From NCBI GenBank assembly GCA_964035545.1, contig OZ037768.1:18645700-18709699 (forward strand): a stretch of 64,000 bases of DNA, given 5' to 3'. Shown piece after piece: positions 21,607 to 36,600 of this stretch. Position 1 is the first letter of the stretch; the number at the start of each line of letters is the position of its first letter. The notes below the pieces were generated by a model. It was not told the origin of the DNA and did no database searches. It was given only the letters and a program-made list of their open reading frames with translations. This DNA comes from Bugula neritina. Taxonomy: Eukaryota; Animalia; Bryozoa. Made by a program: the position numbers and the translations under genes.

Positions 21607-24600
21607 CTAATTAGAATCGCCAGTGCTGGTTGTAAACACATGTGTCTCACGGTATCTGTTTTTACCCGTGGCTGTCGATACATTTGAGCTGGAGGTTTTA
21701 GGTCTACCGGTCTTACGGCCACACAATTCTCTCCATTTCTTTCTGACAGATGGCTCTCGTATGTTATGGAATATGAATATAAGCAGCCCTTGTATTGAGT
21801 TACATATACAAAACAAGTATTGAAACACGATTGATGTGCTTTCAATCAGAGCTAGATATCCAAATATCCAAGTTAGCCCTACAAATACACCCACATAGAA
21901 CATCAATCTTATTTTTGTGAAAATGCTTATAAAAAGCAATATAATTGGCTAAAGCAAGTAAATATTAGTCTTTTTATTAAATGTAGAATAAAAACTTCAT
22001 CTAATATATATTATTTTATATGGAGGGGTAGAAGCTGCCCACCAGCATGTCCAAATTAGTAAAACATTGTCAAACTATTAGTTTATAAATGCATCCTTAA
22101 GGATATTAAATTCATACCCAATATAATAAGTACAGCTATTCCAGCCTTTAGATGTAGAAGACCATTTCGTTGCTCAGATATGCGGACACGGTGTTGTTTT
22201 AACCTTCTTCTGGCACAGACTAAATTGTAAGTCACCATACCAAACACTATGGTATTAGCTAGTAGCACAACTCCAATGGGTATTAGTACACTGTAGATTA
22301 TGGCGTCAGTTTTCATCCAGCAACTAAAATATTATTTATTTATAAATTAGCAGATTGTTTGAAAATTTATACAACACTGTTTCACACCTAGCAAGAATAG
22401 TGTTGAGGAGTTAATAACAGAAATGAGACTTTTTCATTTGTTTTATCGATTTCCAAATTGACATTAGCCTATTTTGTAGTACATTACATTTGTAAAAGTA
22501 ATGCCTCCCCCCCCAAAAAAAACATTTTGGTTGTTTATGCACTCTGTTATCTAAGTTGATATGCTGTATATTATTGTTTCCAACTTTATTAGCTCAAAAA
22601 AAGCCAATTTTTGCACAAAATAGTTAGTTTTTAGTCAATTATGGGTAACTATTGCACTAGTTGTCACACAGGACTAGTTACTAAATGGTTACTAAGTCAA
22701 TCTTGAGTTATTTATTATACTTACTACTGATCGCTAGCTTTATAGAGATTCACGTCTATTGCTAAAGTTATAGCAATGGCTATGGCAGGAATACCAAAGG
22801 CTGGGATGGAGGTTTTTACCATAAATCTGGGAATGTATGTCCCTAGTACTACGACAAACCTAAAATAGAATTATATGTACTATGTAATAAACAGGTAATG
22901 TTGCATTATGCCTTCTTGATATTTCAATCAAAAAATAAATGCAGCTATTTAATTAAGGACTAGTTTTTTATGATTTTAAGGGAACAGCTGTGATCTAGAG
23001 GTTAGAGCGATGGCTTAGTAAATCCGAATACATGGGTTCACACTCTGACAAAGGCCATTGGTGGTGTTAGGAAGAACACCCAGTCATAGTTGATCCTATG
23101 CCACAAATGAATAAGTCCTTAGCCTAATTTTAAAAATTCCTTTCTATCAGGGGTTTGACTCACAGGGATAGTGACTATAAACTTTTTTGAGTTTGGAACT
23201 ATGATTTTAGTTTTAAATTATATGAATAGTATAATCTATATAAAATAATGTCTAGGTAGTCAAAATAAAAACCTTACCTTAAATATTGAAGTATAGCCTC
23301 AACAAACATCCAAGCAAATGAGCACAATAAGAAATAATGAATAAAGACTGCAACAATCAAACAGCCTATGTGAGTCTCCGTTCTTTCTATGCCCACAATA
23401 AATGAGATGTTTAGACCCAGAAGGGAGAAGGCTAATAAGGCCAGAACCTTCTGTGAGTTTGTCTTTCGAAATCTTCTGCAAGTATAAGACAGTGATGAAA
23501 ATCGTTATTTATAGTTTATAAAACACAGCCTAAGACCATATGTGTATATGTACTACTATTTGAAAATATGAGGACCAATAGTAAAACAAATGAGTTAATA
23601 TTGAAGCAATTAGCAAAGATTTTAGTGTGTATTGGCGATGTAGGAACCAGAACAAAAAAAATAAAACCCTCACTCACTTGTACATAACAGCTGTGAGTAT
23701 GACAAGCCCTAAAGCTGCAATGGAGATAGCCAATCCCACGAGTGATATAATACTGAGCACCTTGTACTCTAGTTTCTCCCCGTCTTCTTCATCTCTTGTT
23801 AAATCCTGATTCATAAATGCATGCAACATAAAAGGTAAACAGTGAAAAACTTTTAAAAGTTTTTGAAATGCCAACCTGCTTTATAATATGCATGCAGACT
23901 ATAAGAAATTGAAGCAAGCTTATACATGGTTGAGTAAATTAACAGGTTTTTTGTAGTATATTTCTTAGAACATCGGATCATCTTACACAAAGTAGCGCCT
24001 GTCTACAATAAACTTGATGAGCTGAGCCGAATAGTAATTTTGTAGTTGATAATACTGTATATTCCAGAAAATGCTTTTGAACTACTCACCCCAAATTCAT
24101 ATATTGCGCAATATTAAGTCATTTAAAATGAATTTCTCCACAAATCAAAAGCTGCATACATAACTATACTAGGCTTGCCTTTCTTGCTATAATAACTATT
24201 TAAAAATGTTAAAAAAATCTATCTTCAGAAACTAAATTTTTATCAACTCTAAATTGAACATAGACTAACCAGCAGAACTGAGAAATCCGTCAGATGATTG
24301 CAGGAGCAGAAAATTCCATTATTGTCATATGACGTGATACATCCAGCTGAGCTCCACAGAGATGTCTTTAGGTCCCAAAAGCCACAAATAACTTCAGAAT
24401 CATTTTTGAGTTCAGACGCCTTTTTATGAAATATAATAATAAAATAATCTACTTGACGAGCCACTTTAAACCAAAATTTAATTATACTTCAGACTGAAAT
24501 ATAAAACAAATACACTCACATTGTTTACTATTTTTAGAAACTTGTTCATCATCACTTCTTGATGCTTTAGTGATTGGTAATTTAAACAATCTTACTATAA

Positions 24601-27600
24601 ATTTTATCACAGACTGAAACAAAAATCCTTTTTGCTTGTAATATAATATAATTTGAACAGCACTACTTGGAAAACCCATCCTGTTCTTATACTATTACGG
24701 AGTTATACTCTTCACTTAATTGCATTCTACCCACAAAACTACTACAATATTACTGTAGCAGTAAATTTGTGCAAATAACAGCAAATGACTGCTGCAATTA
24801 CATTTAGATTTTGCTTCACTGACCGTCAGGGGGTAGTGTAGGCTGACAAAGTCACTGAAGCTATCCTCAACTTTTACTATTTTCCCATCTATTGTTGCTA
24901 TGTTGGCAGAAACTATGGTGCTGACGGAAATTAACTCTCCTTTGCTTTTGTGCAGCTTGTTATTTCCATAAATAATAAATGATTTCCTTATGTCGCCAGG
25001 AGCTAAATATAAAGAAATTGTTACATATTATAAAACAACATAATACGATTACACTACTTGAACTATAATAGAGAAATTTAATACAGTTTAGAAATTACCA
25101 ATGTGTATGTAGGAAAGTACACCAAATGCCATATATTAAATTACTGATGTCAACAATTTCTTAAACATTGTAAAACCTCATACTACACATTGAAGCCAGT
25201 ATATAAAATAAATAAATGTTTTATATTCTTCAAAGCTGTAACATAACATCACGATGTAAATGCAGTAATAGAGAAGTTGAAAAAAGCCAGTGTTCTAGAT
25301 TTGAAGTGTAGTGAGAGTTTCAACCTGTGTCCCAAAACAAGCTTTATTAAGAGGATAAAGAACTTAGAGTATACTAAAATTTCTCTTCTGCTGCTCCTAA
25401 ATGAACATGTTTATCATGTATCAGTTGGCTGTTTATTTTTGCCAAAATCATTTCCAAAAGCATTCTATGGATAAACTGCATACTTGCACAGTTATTGCAA
25501 CTTACTGATGGTTGTTTTAAAGTTATACCTTTCTGGCGTATGAATATCTCAACAACTTTATCCTGAGTAGTAGTTGCAGACGGTTCAGGATCTGAGTTAC
25601 TGGAGTTGATATAAACAACAGTGTCATCACTTATTTCTTTATCCAATAAAATGACCCCAGTTACATCACTCTCAGTGGTAATCTAACAAAGCAGTCATAT
25701 TCTTGTGACTGAGAAATTTCTCAAAATATAGACAAACTTTACCAGGAAACACACCTGCTATTAGGTTAATGCATATAAATATAAATTATCTAGACAAAAA
25801 TTTTTTTAAGATATAGCAACTTTTTTTTGAATGGTACTTCTGTTACCATGACAATTGGCTAACCAAAGTGATAATAAGAGAGTTCAACAAAGTCTAAATC
25901 AACAGAAAATTTTGCATAGATGAACAGCTAGTAGGTCGCACAGACTTGACTTGCTGAAGTTTTTTTTTCTATCTTTGCTCGTAGTGCAACATTAGTAGAA
26001 ATCAATATAATTGCAAGTATTTGAAAAAATCTAGCTTTGAAATGATGTAATAAACTTACTTTAATTGCAACATTTGGTTGGGCTATTTGATATAAACTTG
26101 TTTCCCTTTCCACATTAAAATCAAATTCTGTAGCAACCAGTTGTTCTAGAGCATCTACAATTCTAATAATAAACCTAAATTATTGCATTAATTACATAAT
26201 TAATAAGGAAAACAGTTTCTGAGAAAAATACTTGCATCCATAATTTCAAATTTTTGTTATGAGTTTCGTAAGAATAACAATTTTGTCTAATATAGATTCT
26301 GGCGTTAAAGTATTAGTTCATGCATGAATGGTATTTAGTCTGAAAGTCTTAAATACACAGCTGATATGCTCAGATACATAACACATGCATTATATTACCT
26401 GCTTGATGCATTAGCGTTGTTTTGAGCTGTAGTAATTGCCTCCTCGTTAGCATTCAACACACCATTGACACTCGCCAGGAAGGAATTGAAATACTAAAGA
26501 AGGTAATTCATTGTTTGTCTTTTAATTTATATAAGTAATTACCATAATTCTAACAACATGTTAGTAAAATATGCTATGTAAAATATTTTTTGTCAAGTTT
26601 ACCAATGCCTTCTACTTACTTAATGGAAAAGACAAAAATAAGCATTAACTTTAACTGATACTCAAACAAGATTCTGTATTGGCTTTATTTCTGTTGCATC
26701 GGAGATACTATAAAAATTATTTACTCCAAATCACAAGTGATACAGCTTAAAATGATTGTAATTAGAGTATCGGTATAAAAGTAGAGTTTGGAGACATGTA
26801 TTTTATGTGATGACGCAGACTAACAATATAGATGTAAATTAAAAACTTAATTGCTAATCCCTTAAAAATCAAAATAATACGTACCTCAGTTACGTCTTGC
26901 TTGGCTATCAAAGCATCTTTTGCGTTATCCAGTATAATGGAGACATATGCTACATCTGCAGCACTTGGGTCTTCTGTTATCAAGGAACTCGTCTCATTTA
27001 GCAAACTAACAACATTACTACTTATGGCTGGAATCTACAATAATCGCACACTACATTAGCTCTATTAGTTCTATTTGTTCTTGATTTTTTATTTCCACAT
27101 GGCAGCACTAGTTATAATTCTGTAAAATTCATTTAATTTATTATATTGTGTGATACTATTACCCTGAGTAGGAAACACAAATTCTGGTAAATTATTTCTA
27201 GTGCAATTTAATGCAATGGAAAACAACAGATCAATTGTTGAGTTTGCTTAATACTGTGCATACAGCTCTACTCTACTCTACACTACTCTACTCTACTCTA
27301 CTCTACTCTACTCTACTCTACTCTACTCTACTCTACTCTACTCTACACTACTCTACTCTACTCTACTCTACTCTACTCTACTCTACTCTACTCTACTCTA
27401 CTCTACTCTACTCTACTCTACACTACTCTACTCTACTCTACTCTACTCTACTCTACTCTACTCTACTCTACTCTACTCTACTCTACTCTACTCTACTCTA
27501 CACTACTCTACTCTACTCTACTCTACTCTACTCTACTCTACACTACTCTGCTCTACTCTACTCTACTCTACTCTACTCTACTCTACTCTACTCTACTCTA

Positions 27601-30600
27601 CTCTACACTACTCTACTCTACTCTACTCTACTTTACTCTACACTACTCTACATCTGATCATTTAGTAATATGCTATAGCTGGTTCCTAATAAGACATGCT
27701 GTGAGCCTTAAGAAGTTAAGAAAATTTGAGCAACGCATGTTATTGAATGATGCAAACTTTAAAACCTCTTATATGTTGAACTTTTATACCTAGGTAACAA
27801 AACTACAGACAGTGTTTGAAAAAATAATGTTATTATTCTGTACATATTCTGCCTTCCAAAAGTTACTTTAGGAAATTTTTTTATAGACTATCTCAAACTT
27901 AGGGTTAAACAGGAAACAATTATAGGGAGAGTTTATGAACTTTACTATAACCTGACTTGTGTAGCAGCATAAAAGCTGTTTGGGAGATGATTAGGACAAG
28001 TATAGAATATGGAATTTTAACTATCAAGGCGTAGACACATGCACTGGTACATGATATATATTTATTCTCAGGACAAGAATAGATTACCAAAGAGAGATCA
28101 CGAAGCTTGTGCGAAACTTCTGAGACAACTTCTTCGTCACATGGTTCTACTCCTGTAATCACCCAGCTAGCTCCCTGTGCACTCTTACCACACATTGCTG
28201 TGACTACAGGTTTTCCACTGAAGCCACAAATAGATACTTTGACTGCACCAAACACATTGGTAGTGGGAAGTGTTACATTAGTAGAAAGGCTTTCAATGTA
28301 CATCACTTCTTCCTTGCACCTTCCTTTGAAACAAACATATTAACCTGTCATTGTATGCAAAGTTTTGAAACTCTACGTAAATTTTGAAATTAGTACTCAC
28401 TTATTATACTTACCTACTAGGAGAGAAAATCCATTTACGGATTGATGGCTTTTTATAACAAAAAAATTTCAATAATGTTTTTAGAACATTGTATCATGCT
28501 GTTTACTCAAATATGGAATCGTTTATTGCTAAGAGACAGAAGACCTTCAAAGTATACCTGGAAGCGCAACTTTGACCAACGCTGCATCCGCATATGTGAG
28601 ATTCAACACATAAACTAGACTTTCGACAAAATATTTATTAAGAATACTCCAGTTTCCAGGCCGGTTTGGAGTTGTAGTTGAGCTCCTTACTCCGCCAAGG
28701 ATTATAGAACCAAAGACAATGTTAGCAGATACTATAATTCCATTTTTGTTAGTGTAGGGTCTGCAAAATAGTACCACAAGCATATTTTGCAGAATATGTA
28801 AAAATACGCAACACCGCGCGAGTAGGATTTAGCTTTGTACATCTGTAAGAGGACAGAAAATAATCTCTTGTCTGAGTGTGACATAAAATTATACAACGGG
28901 TACTCCAGCTCTGAGCTGTGCACAAATAATGAATACAATTTTGAAAGCTTACGCTTAACTTGTAAAGTACCTGTAAATAAGGATTTAAGTAAGAAACATC
29001 GAAAAGATGCAATACACCCATTACTATGCAGCATACTAGTATACATTTTTATTTTCACAGTTGGAGCTTCCTTGAAATTTCTTGCTATCTAAATCACTAA
29101 GAATAATCTTCAAAAAACTGTATTAACCAGAACTAAATTACTTGAATTAACCATAAACAATAACTTGTCTTTCAATCACAAATGTTGACTAGGTATTAAG
29201 AAAAGTAATCCGACTGAGTTCTTCATGTCAGACTAACCTTACACTGTTGAGTTTCTGGTAGGTAACGGTGGTGTTTTTGTTAACATAAGCATTTGTGCAG
29301 CCTGGACAGTTGATGGCATCTGTTATTATATCTTTTGTTCTCTGGAGTGCTTTTTCCAATGTAGATTTGACGGAAGGCAACTGGGGTACTACCATTGGGT
29401 AATATTCAACAACTGAATGTGCGTTGTCCATAACTTCATCTTTCAGAGGGAAAGTTACGGTCATTGGATATTGGGTCCCATCTGATGTGTTTGAAAATAA
29501 TACCAATATCAACTTCATACACGCAAATTAAGAGAATATTATTATTTGTTGCAATATTAAAGTTGAAGAAATACGAAATATATAGTGTCATTATAAAAAT
29601 ACAAATACATAATATATTTTGGATTTTGATTTAGTGACTATAGTTTTGTTTAGTTTCATTTTAATAAGTGAGCAATCCCATGTGCAAGTTAGAAAACACG
29701 ACATCCAAACTAAAAATAACTAAAAATAAGCAATACATTAAGCCTTTAGTGTAATATATTGTGCAATTTCATTGCTGCCCTAACGTACCGTTATCTAAAA
29801 TCACGGCATCGCTGTATACATAGTCTCGAAGAGCATTACTCCAGACAGCACACTGGAAAGTGCCAGCTAATTGATCAGGTATTGGAAACCCTATAGTAGG
29901 CTCGTGATGAACTTCTCCATATGGATTGATGTAGTAGATGTTATCTGCAGGTATAGCCTCAGGACCAGCTGCATTCAGCAGACAGTTCAGTTTTCCACCC
30001 TTGACCAGTGAGCTGTCAAGTTCAACCTTATAATCTCTGAAATCTAAAATTATGTTTACAGTTGCGTAATTTGATGTTATATTCACTTATATGGTAATTC
30101 AGTTTTCCTATACCAAGAAACTGGTTAGACTGTGTGTTTGAAAGCAGCTGTGGTTAAGTGGTTAGATACACTGATCAATCGAGACACTCTATGTGGCACT
30201 CCGTATGGGCGTTTGGTTTTAGTTACACTTGTGCTACATATGAAAGCAAGTCCTTAGCCTGCTTTAAAAAACCATGAACATTAAGGAATCTTACAGAGGT
30301 AGAGACTTTAAACCAAGCATAGCTTTATAGTATGATAATAAACTATTGTTACAAATTTTGTCAGTTATATAATAATCTCTTATACAACTAGTTAAGACTC
30401 TCTTGTACCTGGAAGTGTAGCTGTTTTCTCACAGATGTATGGCTTCACGGTATAGCAGTTTCCAACAGATCTGATGTCAGCAATGCTTAGGATCTTGAAC
30501 AGGTATGGATTGAGCATCTCTAAGCACTCTGTGTCAAGCACCCACACTGAGTAAGGCTTCACACTCCCTATAACAAAAAGTATATTATGTAATTATATAC

Positions 30601-33600
30601 AGTATTCCACATATACGTGTCATTGACTTCTATAGCAGGTCAGCGGCTATCACTACACTTCCATTGCATCAAATGAATCCATATGCATGAATTTGCAGCT
30701 AGGGTTTACATTAACTTATGGTTGTAGTTTCAATTGATGCCACTGTTTCCAAACATCGAATAAAAAATCTATTCAAATTTGAAGCAATGGAAAGTTTTTG
30801 AGAGTTGCTTGCCTAGTGCTTTACTATAGCCGTTAGTTACGTGTATAAAAGCACTGGCAGGTCTGTATAATATAACTAAATATTTTGAAGATACTCTGTA
30901 TTATAGTAACTTTAATTTTAGCGTACAATATGTGGTTAAATTTAAAAAATTCTTGCTTATAGCTTAAAAGTAGTAATAAATTCTATTATAATAAAATTGA
31001 ACTAAAAATATGTGAATGTTCCTAGATCTTATAATAAAAATACTAATATAATGCATTTTATTTTTATTGATTAGTTTAAAAATCTACAGTTTAACAAGTT
31101 TCAACTCTTTCTTTTAAAAATACTCATGTAGCATGATATATAATATATGTACACATATACAGCTTATTTCTAGAATTAGTTATATCCTTGACATATAACA
31201 AAAATGTTCACTGTAGTAGTGGAAAAGTTACTGTTAGTAAAATTGCATGCATGTAGGTAATCCACCACGGTTTTTTAGCAGTTGAATAATTTCCTCAGCT
31301 ATTTATAAAAGAATAGTCTTTAATTTTTCAGTTCTAAGTTTGACTTTCTTAGTAACTTACTAGTATACATTATGTTGTAGAGTAGAAACTCTTTCTCCTT
31401 CGTATCAATATTGTAAAGAGATCCTCCCAAACTAGTGCAATGATCTCTAGCTGAGAAATAGTTTGGTTTTGCCATTGCAGATGGTATATATTTAATACAT
31501 GTGCGTGTCACTGCATTCCACTCCCACCCTTTGCTACACACGTTCTCATCTGAAACAGTTAAAATAGGTTAACTGCTTTATCAATCTACCATATTGTCAA
31601 GCAGACAAAGATGTACAGTATATATATCCATTATATAGCGAAAGTTTCAATTTTATTTTCATATTGAATACAAGTAGAATCTTATATTACTAAAAAACTA
31701 TCTAATCGCATGTACTTAAATAGTTTCTATGTTTTGTCATCACATGATAAATGCAATTTAAAACTTGCTTATAGCAGCCCCTGCATCATTTTGCTAAACT
31801 TGTAGTTTATTTATGCCATACAAATGTGTAAGCATCATGTAAAGGGCTGTATAGGTTTATTGACTGAAAAACTCTCAGTTATTTATATACAGTATCATGT
31901 AGCACAGGATTGCTAAATAAAGAAAAGGAATGATATATCATGTGCATTAGTTTGTATCACTGCCTATTAAACAGTGCAACATGACGTTGTAACATGATAA
32001 TATTATGTATCTGATTCTTCTATACTTACTTGTTTCCAACTTGAATGCTTTTGACTCATTTATTTCTTTAACACAGATATACTGATGCTTCTCGTTACAA
32101 GGTCTCAGAACAAGCTGAGAAATATTTGCTGCTGTTTGACCTCTACTAGGGACATCAGTGACTGGAAGAGAGAACGGAATGACTTTGGCAGCGATACATG
32201 GGCTCTCCGTTAAATTGTTCCATTGCTTCCAATAATCACATCCCCAAACACCTATATTTGGTAGTTGGTACTTTAATAGTGACTTGCTAAAAGTATAGTA
32301 GAGTTTTAAAATTATATCAAATTTATTAAATGTATTTCAATGTGCTGGAAGTCATAAATACTTACTAAGTGATTACATATAATTGGAAGATATTGAATCG
32401 GCTTATTTCATACAATAGAATTTATTTCTGGCTCAAACTGAGGCTTCGTAGCCTGAATTAAGTTAAAAAGTTAAGAAGCAATTTTGGAGCATTTATGAAA
32501 TATTCAACTGTTACTTGTAAGATTAATATTTGCTATATACAACAGCCACAGTGTGTATATACAGACTAATACTTTTGCTTGTGCTAACAAGAGTGCATGA
32601 AAAAGTTGAAGCAATGGCTAAACATATTTCTACCATAAGTTATTAATGTTTCAGCAACATATTTTCAGAATTGACAGGTAAAGCTTGGCCTTTTGTAAGT
32701 TGAAACCAATATAATGCATTCAGCTGTATATGGATACAAAGTTGGTTTATAATAAAGATATTGAGACCTGAAGTTACACTAATAATACCTGCAGAGATGC
32801 TGGAAGACAGGGGTACGAGGATCCCCACCGTCCCAAGCATAAACAGTTCCATCATCATGCAACCCAGTCCAAAACACATCATCTGTCAAAGTTGGAAAAA
32901 TAACATTAACAATATAGAAGTAAATGCATTCAACAAAAAACTTTCTTAGCAGTTAGAGTCCCATGCAAGGCAATTTTTAAAGTTATTTGATTAGCCTAAC
33001 AATAAAAATACAGTATTCTCATGACAATAAAATGTGCAATGAATATAGTAACATTATTTTCACACCACTTGCAAAAAAGACAGCATACAATGATATAGTA
33101 CTGCAGAGTCGATTTTCAAAACATATTTTACTCCCAAATTAAAAAATGACAGTAGCAAAAGATTACAATAAGAGGGAAAGATGTTGCATATTCACATGTT
33201 GTATTGTAGTATTATAGCCATATAAGTCATCAAAGAATAGCTATAAAAAGCTTTCAGCTACATAAAGCTTGTTTTGATGCATGTTATGTTTTCACTTGTT
33301 TTTTGTCATTCAACTAGATTACATGTCCTACACACAGTAAAATGTTTTTTTTGTAATTTTACAAAAGATATCCTAAAAAGATTTTGCTTATAGCTTATAT
33401 AAAAGATGCCACATTAAGTTTTAAAAGAAGCTTTTCGAATCTCCCCTCTGCTATGTTCAATTCCTTATAACATGCTAGTTGAGATATAATTGCTATAGCA
33501 GAACAACTTGCCAGCAAGGTAAGTAGAGATTGGTGTGTCTGTGTACGCTGGGTCAAACAATTTTCTGTTCAAACCATTTCTGTCCATGTTAACCAGAAAA

Positions 33601-36600
33601 GCTCCTTCATTTCTGCAGGACTCCTTGGCTTCATTGAAAGTTTTGGCTGCAGTGAATAGTTTTGCGCAAGTTGTATCTTGCACAATTCCAGCTGGACTAA
33701 AATTAGTATGAACTTGTACAAAATTATATAACTATTGTTACATAAGTGTTATAGTATATTATATGTGTATATATACATAGGTGCATATATTGAATTACAC
33801 GTTACTAGAAGATGAAAAAACAACATATGTTGTTAGTAAAGTGTAAGCCTAGAAAATTTCCACAGTGTTTATAGCCCAAGATATTTTAGTTCAGCTTTCC
33901 CTTTTCCTGGACTGAATGTGTAGCTGTATAACTTTTATTCTCTACACTGCTAGGCAAGTAGTTCAAACCTTGTTAACAATATCTTATTTTCATTATTTAT
34001 TTTAATTATTTATAAATGTAGCTAGGCTGTCGCATTGCAAGGGTACATCTTCACCAATACCAAAATCCTTATCGATACTGCATACAAGTTCTTTTAAGAT
34101 GTGTTTAGAATAAACTATTTAGTGTTTATATGCCTCCATGCGTTAGACAAGCCAGTATCATATGTCTAGTTCGCAAATTGTACACAATCATTCGAGTATC
34201 AACTGTTTCCTTATAGTTATCATCACAATACCAGAGTAACTTTTATTACTCTAAGGATAAATTTCCTGCTCCTAACACCATTGGCTGCTGGATCTCCCAA
34301 TGAGAATTTACTAAATAATATATTGGTGTAATTTTATATGTTATTCACTCTTTTCAGTCAGTTGATTATGAATCTAGAAGCATGCGATTATAAATATATC
34401 TATATTTCATATAATAGTAATAATGAAGTAGACTATAGAATATCATACTATACTATGCTATAAAATATTGCACAAGACACTATTTAATTAGCTAACATCT
34501 CAACTGCTCTGTTAAAATTAAATGTGAAACTCTTGTAATTCCTTATTACTGAAAAGTTTGGTTTAAAAATATTACAACAAATGGAGATCACCAGCATATC
34601 ACCAAATTTGGAATACTATAAATATAGTAACACTATTGGTACTGTGTAATATAACTAGTAGTACTGTGTAGTAGCAATATTGGTAATGTGTAATATAACT
34701 AGTAGTATTGTGTAGTAGCACTATTGGTAATGTGTAATATAACTAGTAGTATTGTGTAGTAGCACTATTGATACTGTGTAATATAACTAGTAGTACTGTG
34801 TAGTAGCATATAAGGAGCACTGTATAAGAATCTATGGTGTCATATAATAGCACAAAAGTATTGTATAAAAGCACAAATAGTACTATATAATATCACAAAT
34901 AGTACTGTTTAATATCACAAATGGTACTATATGATATCACAATAGTACTATATAATATCACAAATAGTGTACGTTGTATAATATCACAAATAGTATTGTA
35001 TAATACTACAAATAGCACTGCATTCTATCATTAGTAGTACTGTATAATAGCAGAAGTGGTACTATTAGTACTATGCAATAGCCAACAGCTTTAATATTAC
35101 AGTAGGCCGCATAGTGTAGTTTATAATACTCTCAAAGGAATTACATCTCATGAATTCATATTGGTAAGTGGAACTTTCTTATTATGAAAGCACTAATATT
35201 AAGTATGGTAGTAAAAGAGTAAATTTTAAAATTATTGTGGTGAAACTTGCCAAAGACATCCTAAATATTATAGTGCCGTATAAAACACAACAATAATGTT
35301 GACCAAACAACAACCAGTAGTCATATAGTATATAACATATAGCATATAGCATACAACATATAGTATATAGCATATAGTATACAACATATAGTATATAACA
35401 TATAGCATATAGCATACAACATATAGTATACAACATATAGTATATAGCATATAGCATACAACATATAGTATATAGCATATAGTATACAACATATAGTATA
35501 TAGCATATAGTATACAACATATAGCCGTGATCTAAGGGTTAGAGCGTTTGTCTAGTAAGCACAAAGTCATGGGTTCGAGCCGGACAAAGGCTATTGGTGA
35601 TGTTAGGAAGAGCACCCAGTCATAATTGCTCCTGTGCTACACATGAATAAGTCCTTAGCCCGATTTAACAAAACCCCTTCCAACAGGGTTTTCTCACAGT
35701 GACGTTGACTATTAACTTGTGTGAGTTTATATAGTATATAGCATATAGCATACAACATATAGTATATTATAGCATATAGCATATAGTATATAACATGCAA
35801 TATACAACATATAGTATATAGTATAGCATATAGCATATAATATATAACATGTATACAACGTATAGTATATAGTACACTCACAGTTCGCCTTCTAAATCTG
35901 TAGTCACATGAATCCAACCTTCTGGGCAGCCATATTCTATCGACATCTGCTGGTTGGAGCTACCTCCACCTGTAAACATTTAAACAAGAGGCATAGTTTA
36001 AAATAGAAAAAAGTGTTTATGAAATGTTGTAATTTATGGTGGATCTTTAGTTATATAGCTACTGCACACTTGGGCATACTTAGTCTTGCACCCATCACAT
36101 TCATTACTGCAGCACTTCTTCAATCCACTATGGCTTATGTCAAAAAGTCTAATCTCCAAAGTCATTTTCTGCAAAATATCTGTAACAGGAGCTTTTTGGT
36201 AAAAGCTTTATGATAAAAGCTTTTTGGCAATAGCTTGTTGTTTGTTGTAGAGCTATCAATATAAATTTTGTATTAATCAGTGCAGCTCAAAAAGAGGAGA
36301 AAAGTAACCTGTATTCACACCACTCGTGGTTTTATTTTGTATGAAAATATATGCACATTTTAATTTATTGGCAAAATAATTGTAGATATTATATTATCTT
36401 TTCTTGGTAGCGATGTGAAAAGTTTTTTAAGCAATGACTGTAATTAAGGAGTGTAATTTAAATCAGATTATTTTTTAGGTTAAAGTTTGTATATGGAATG
36501 TATACTGTTGGTGATAAATAATACACTAGTTTGAGTTACCGTGCATGCTGCACACAATATCTATTTTCCTTGATGTGTGTATAAACCCTGATGAATAGGT

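Noticed and set aside
27211-27657. 148-aa LLYST-repeat ORF
   Set aside because: Translation of the (CTACT)n microsatellite.
35182-35917. YMLYAIC-type ORFs
   Set aside because: Microsatellite and SINE artefacts.
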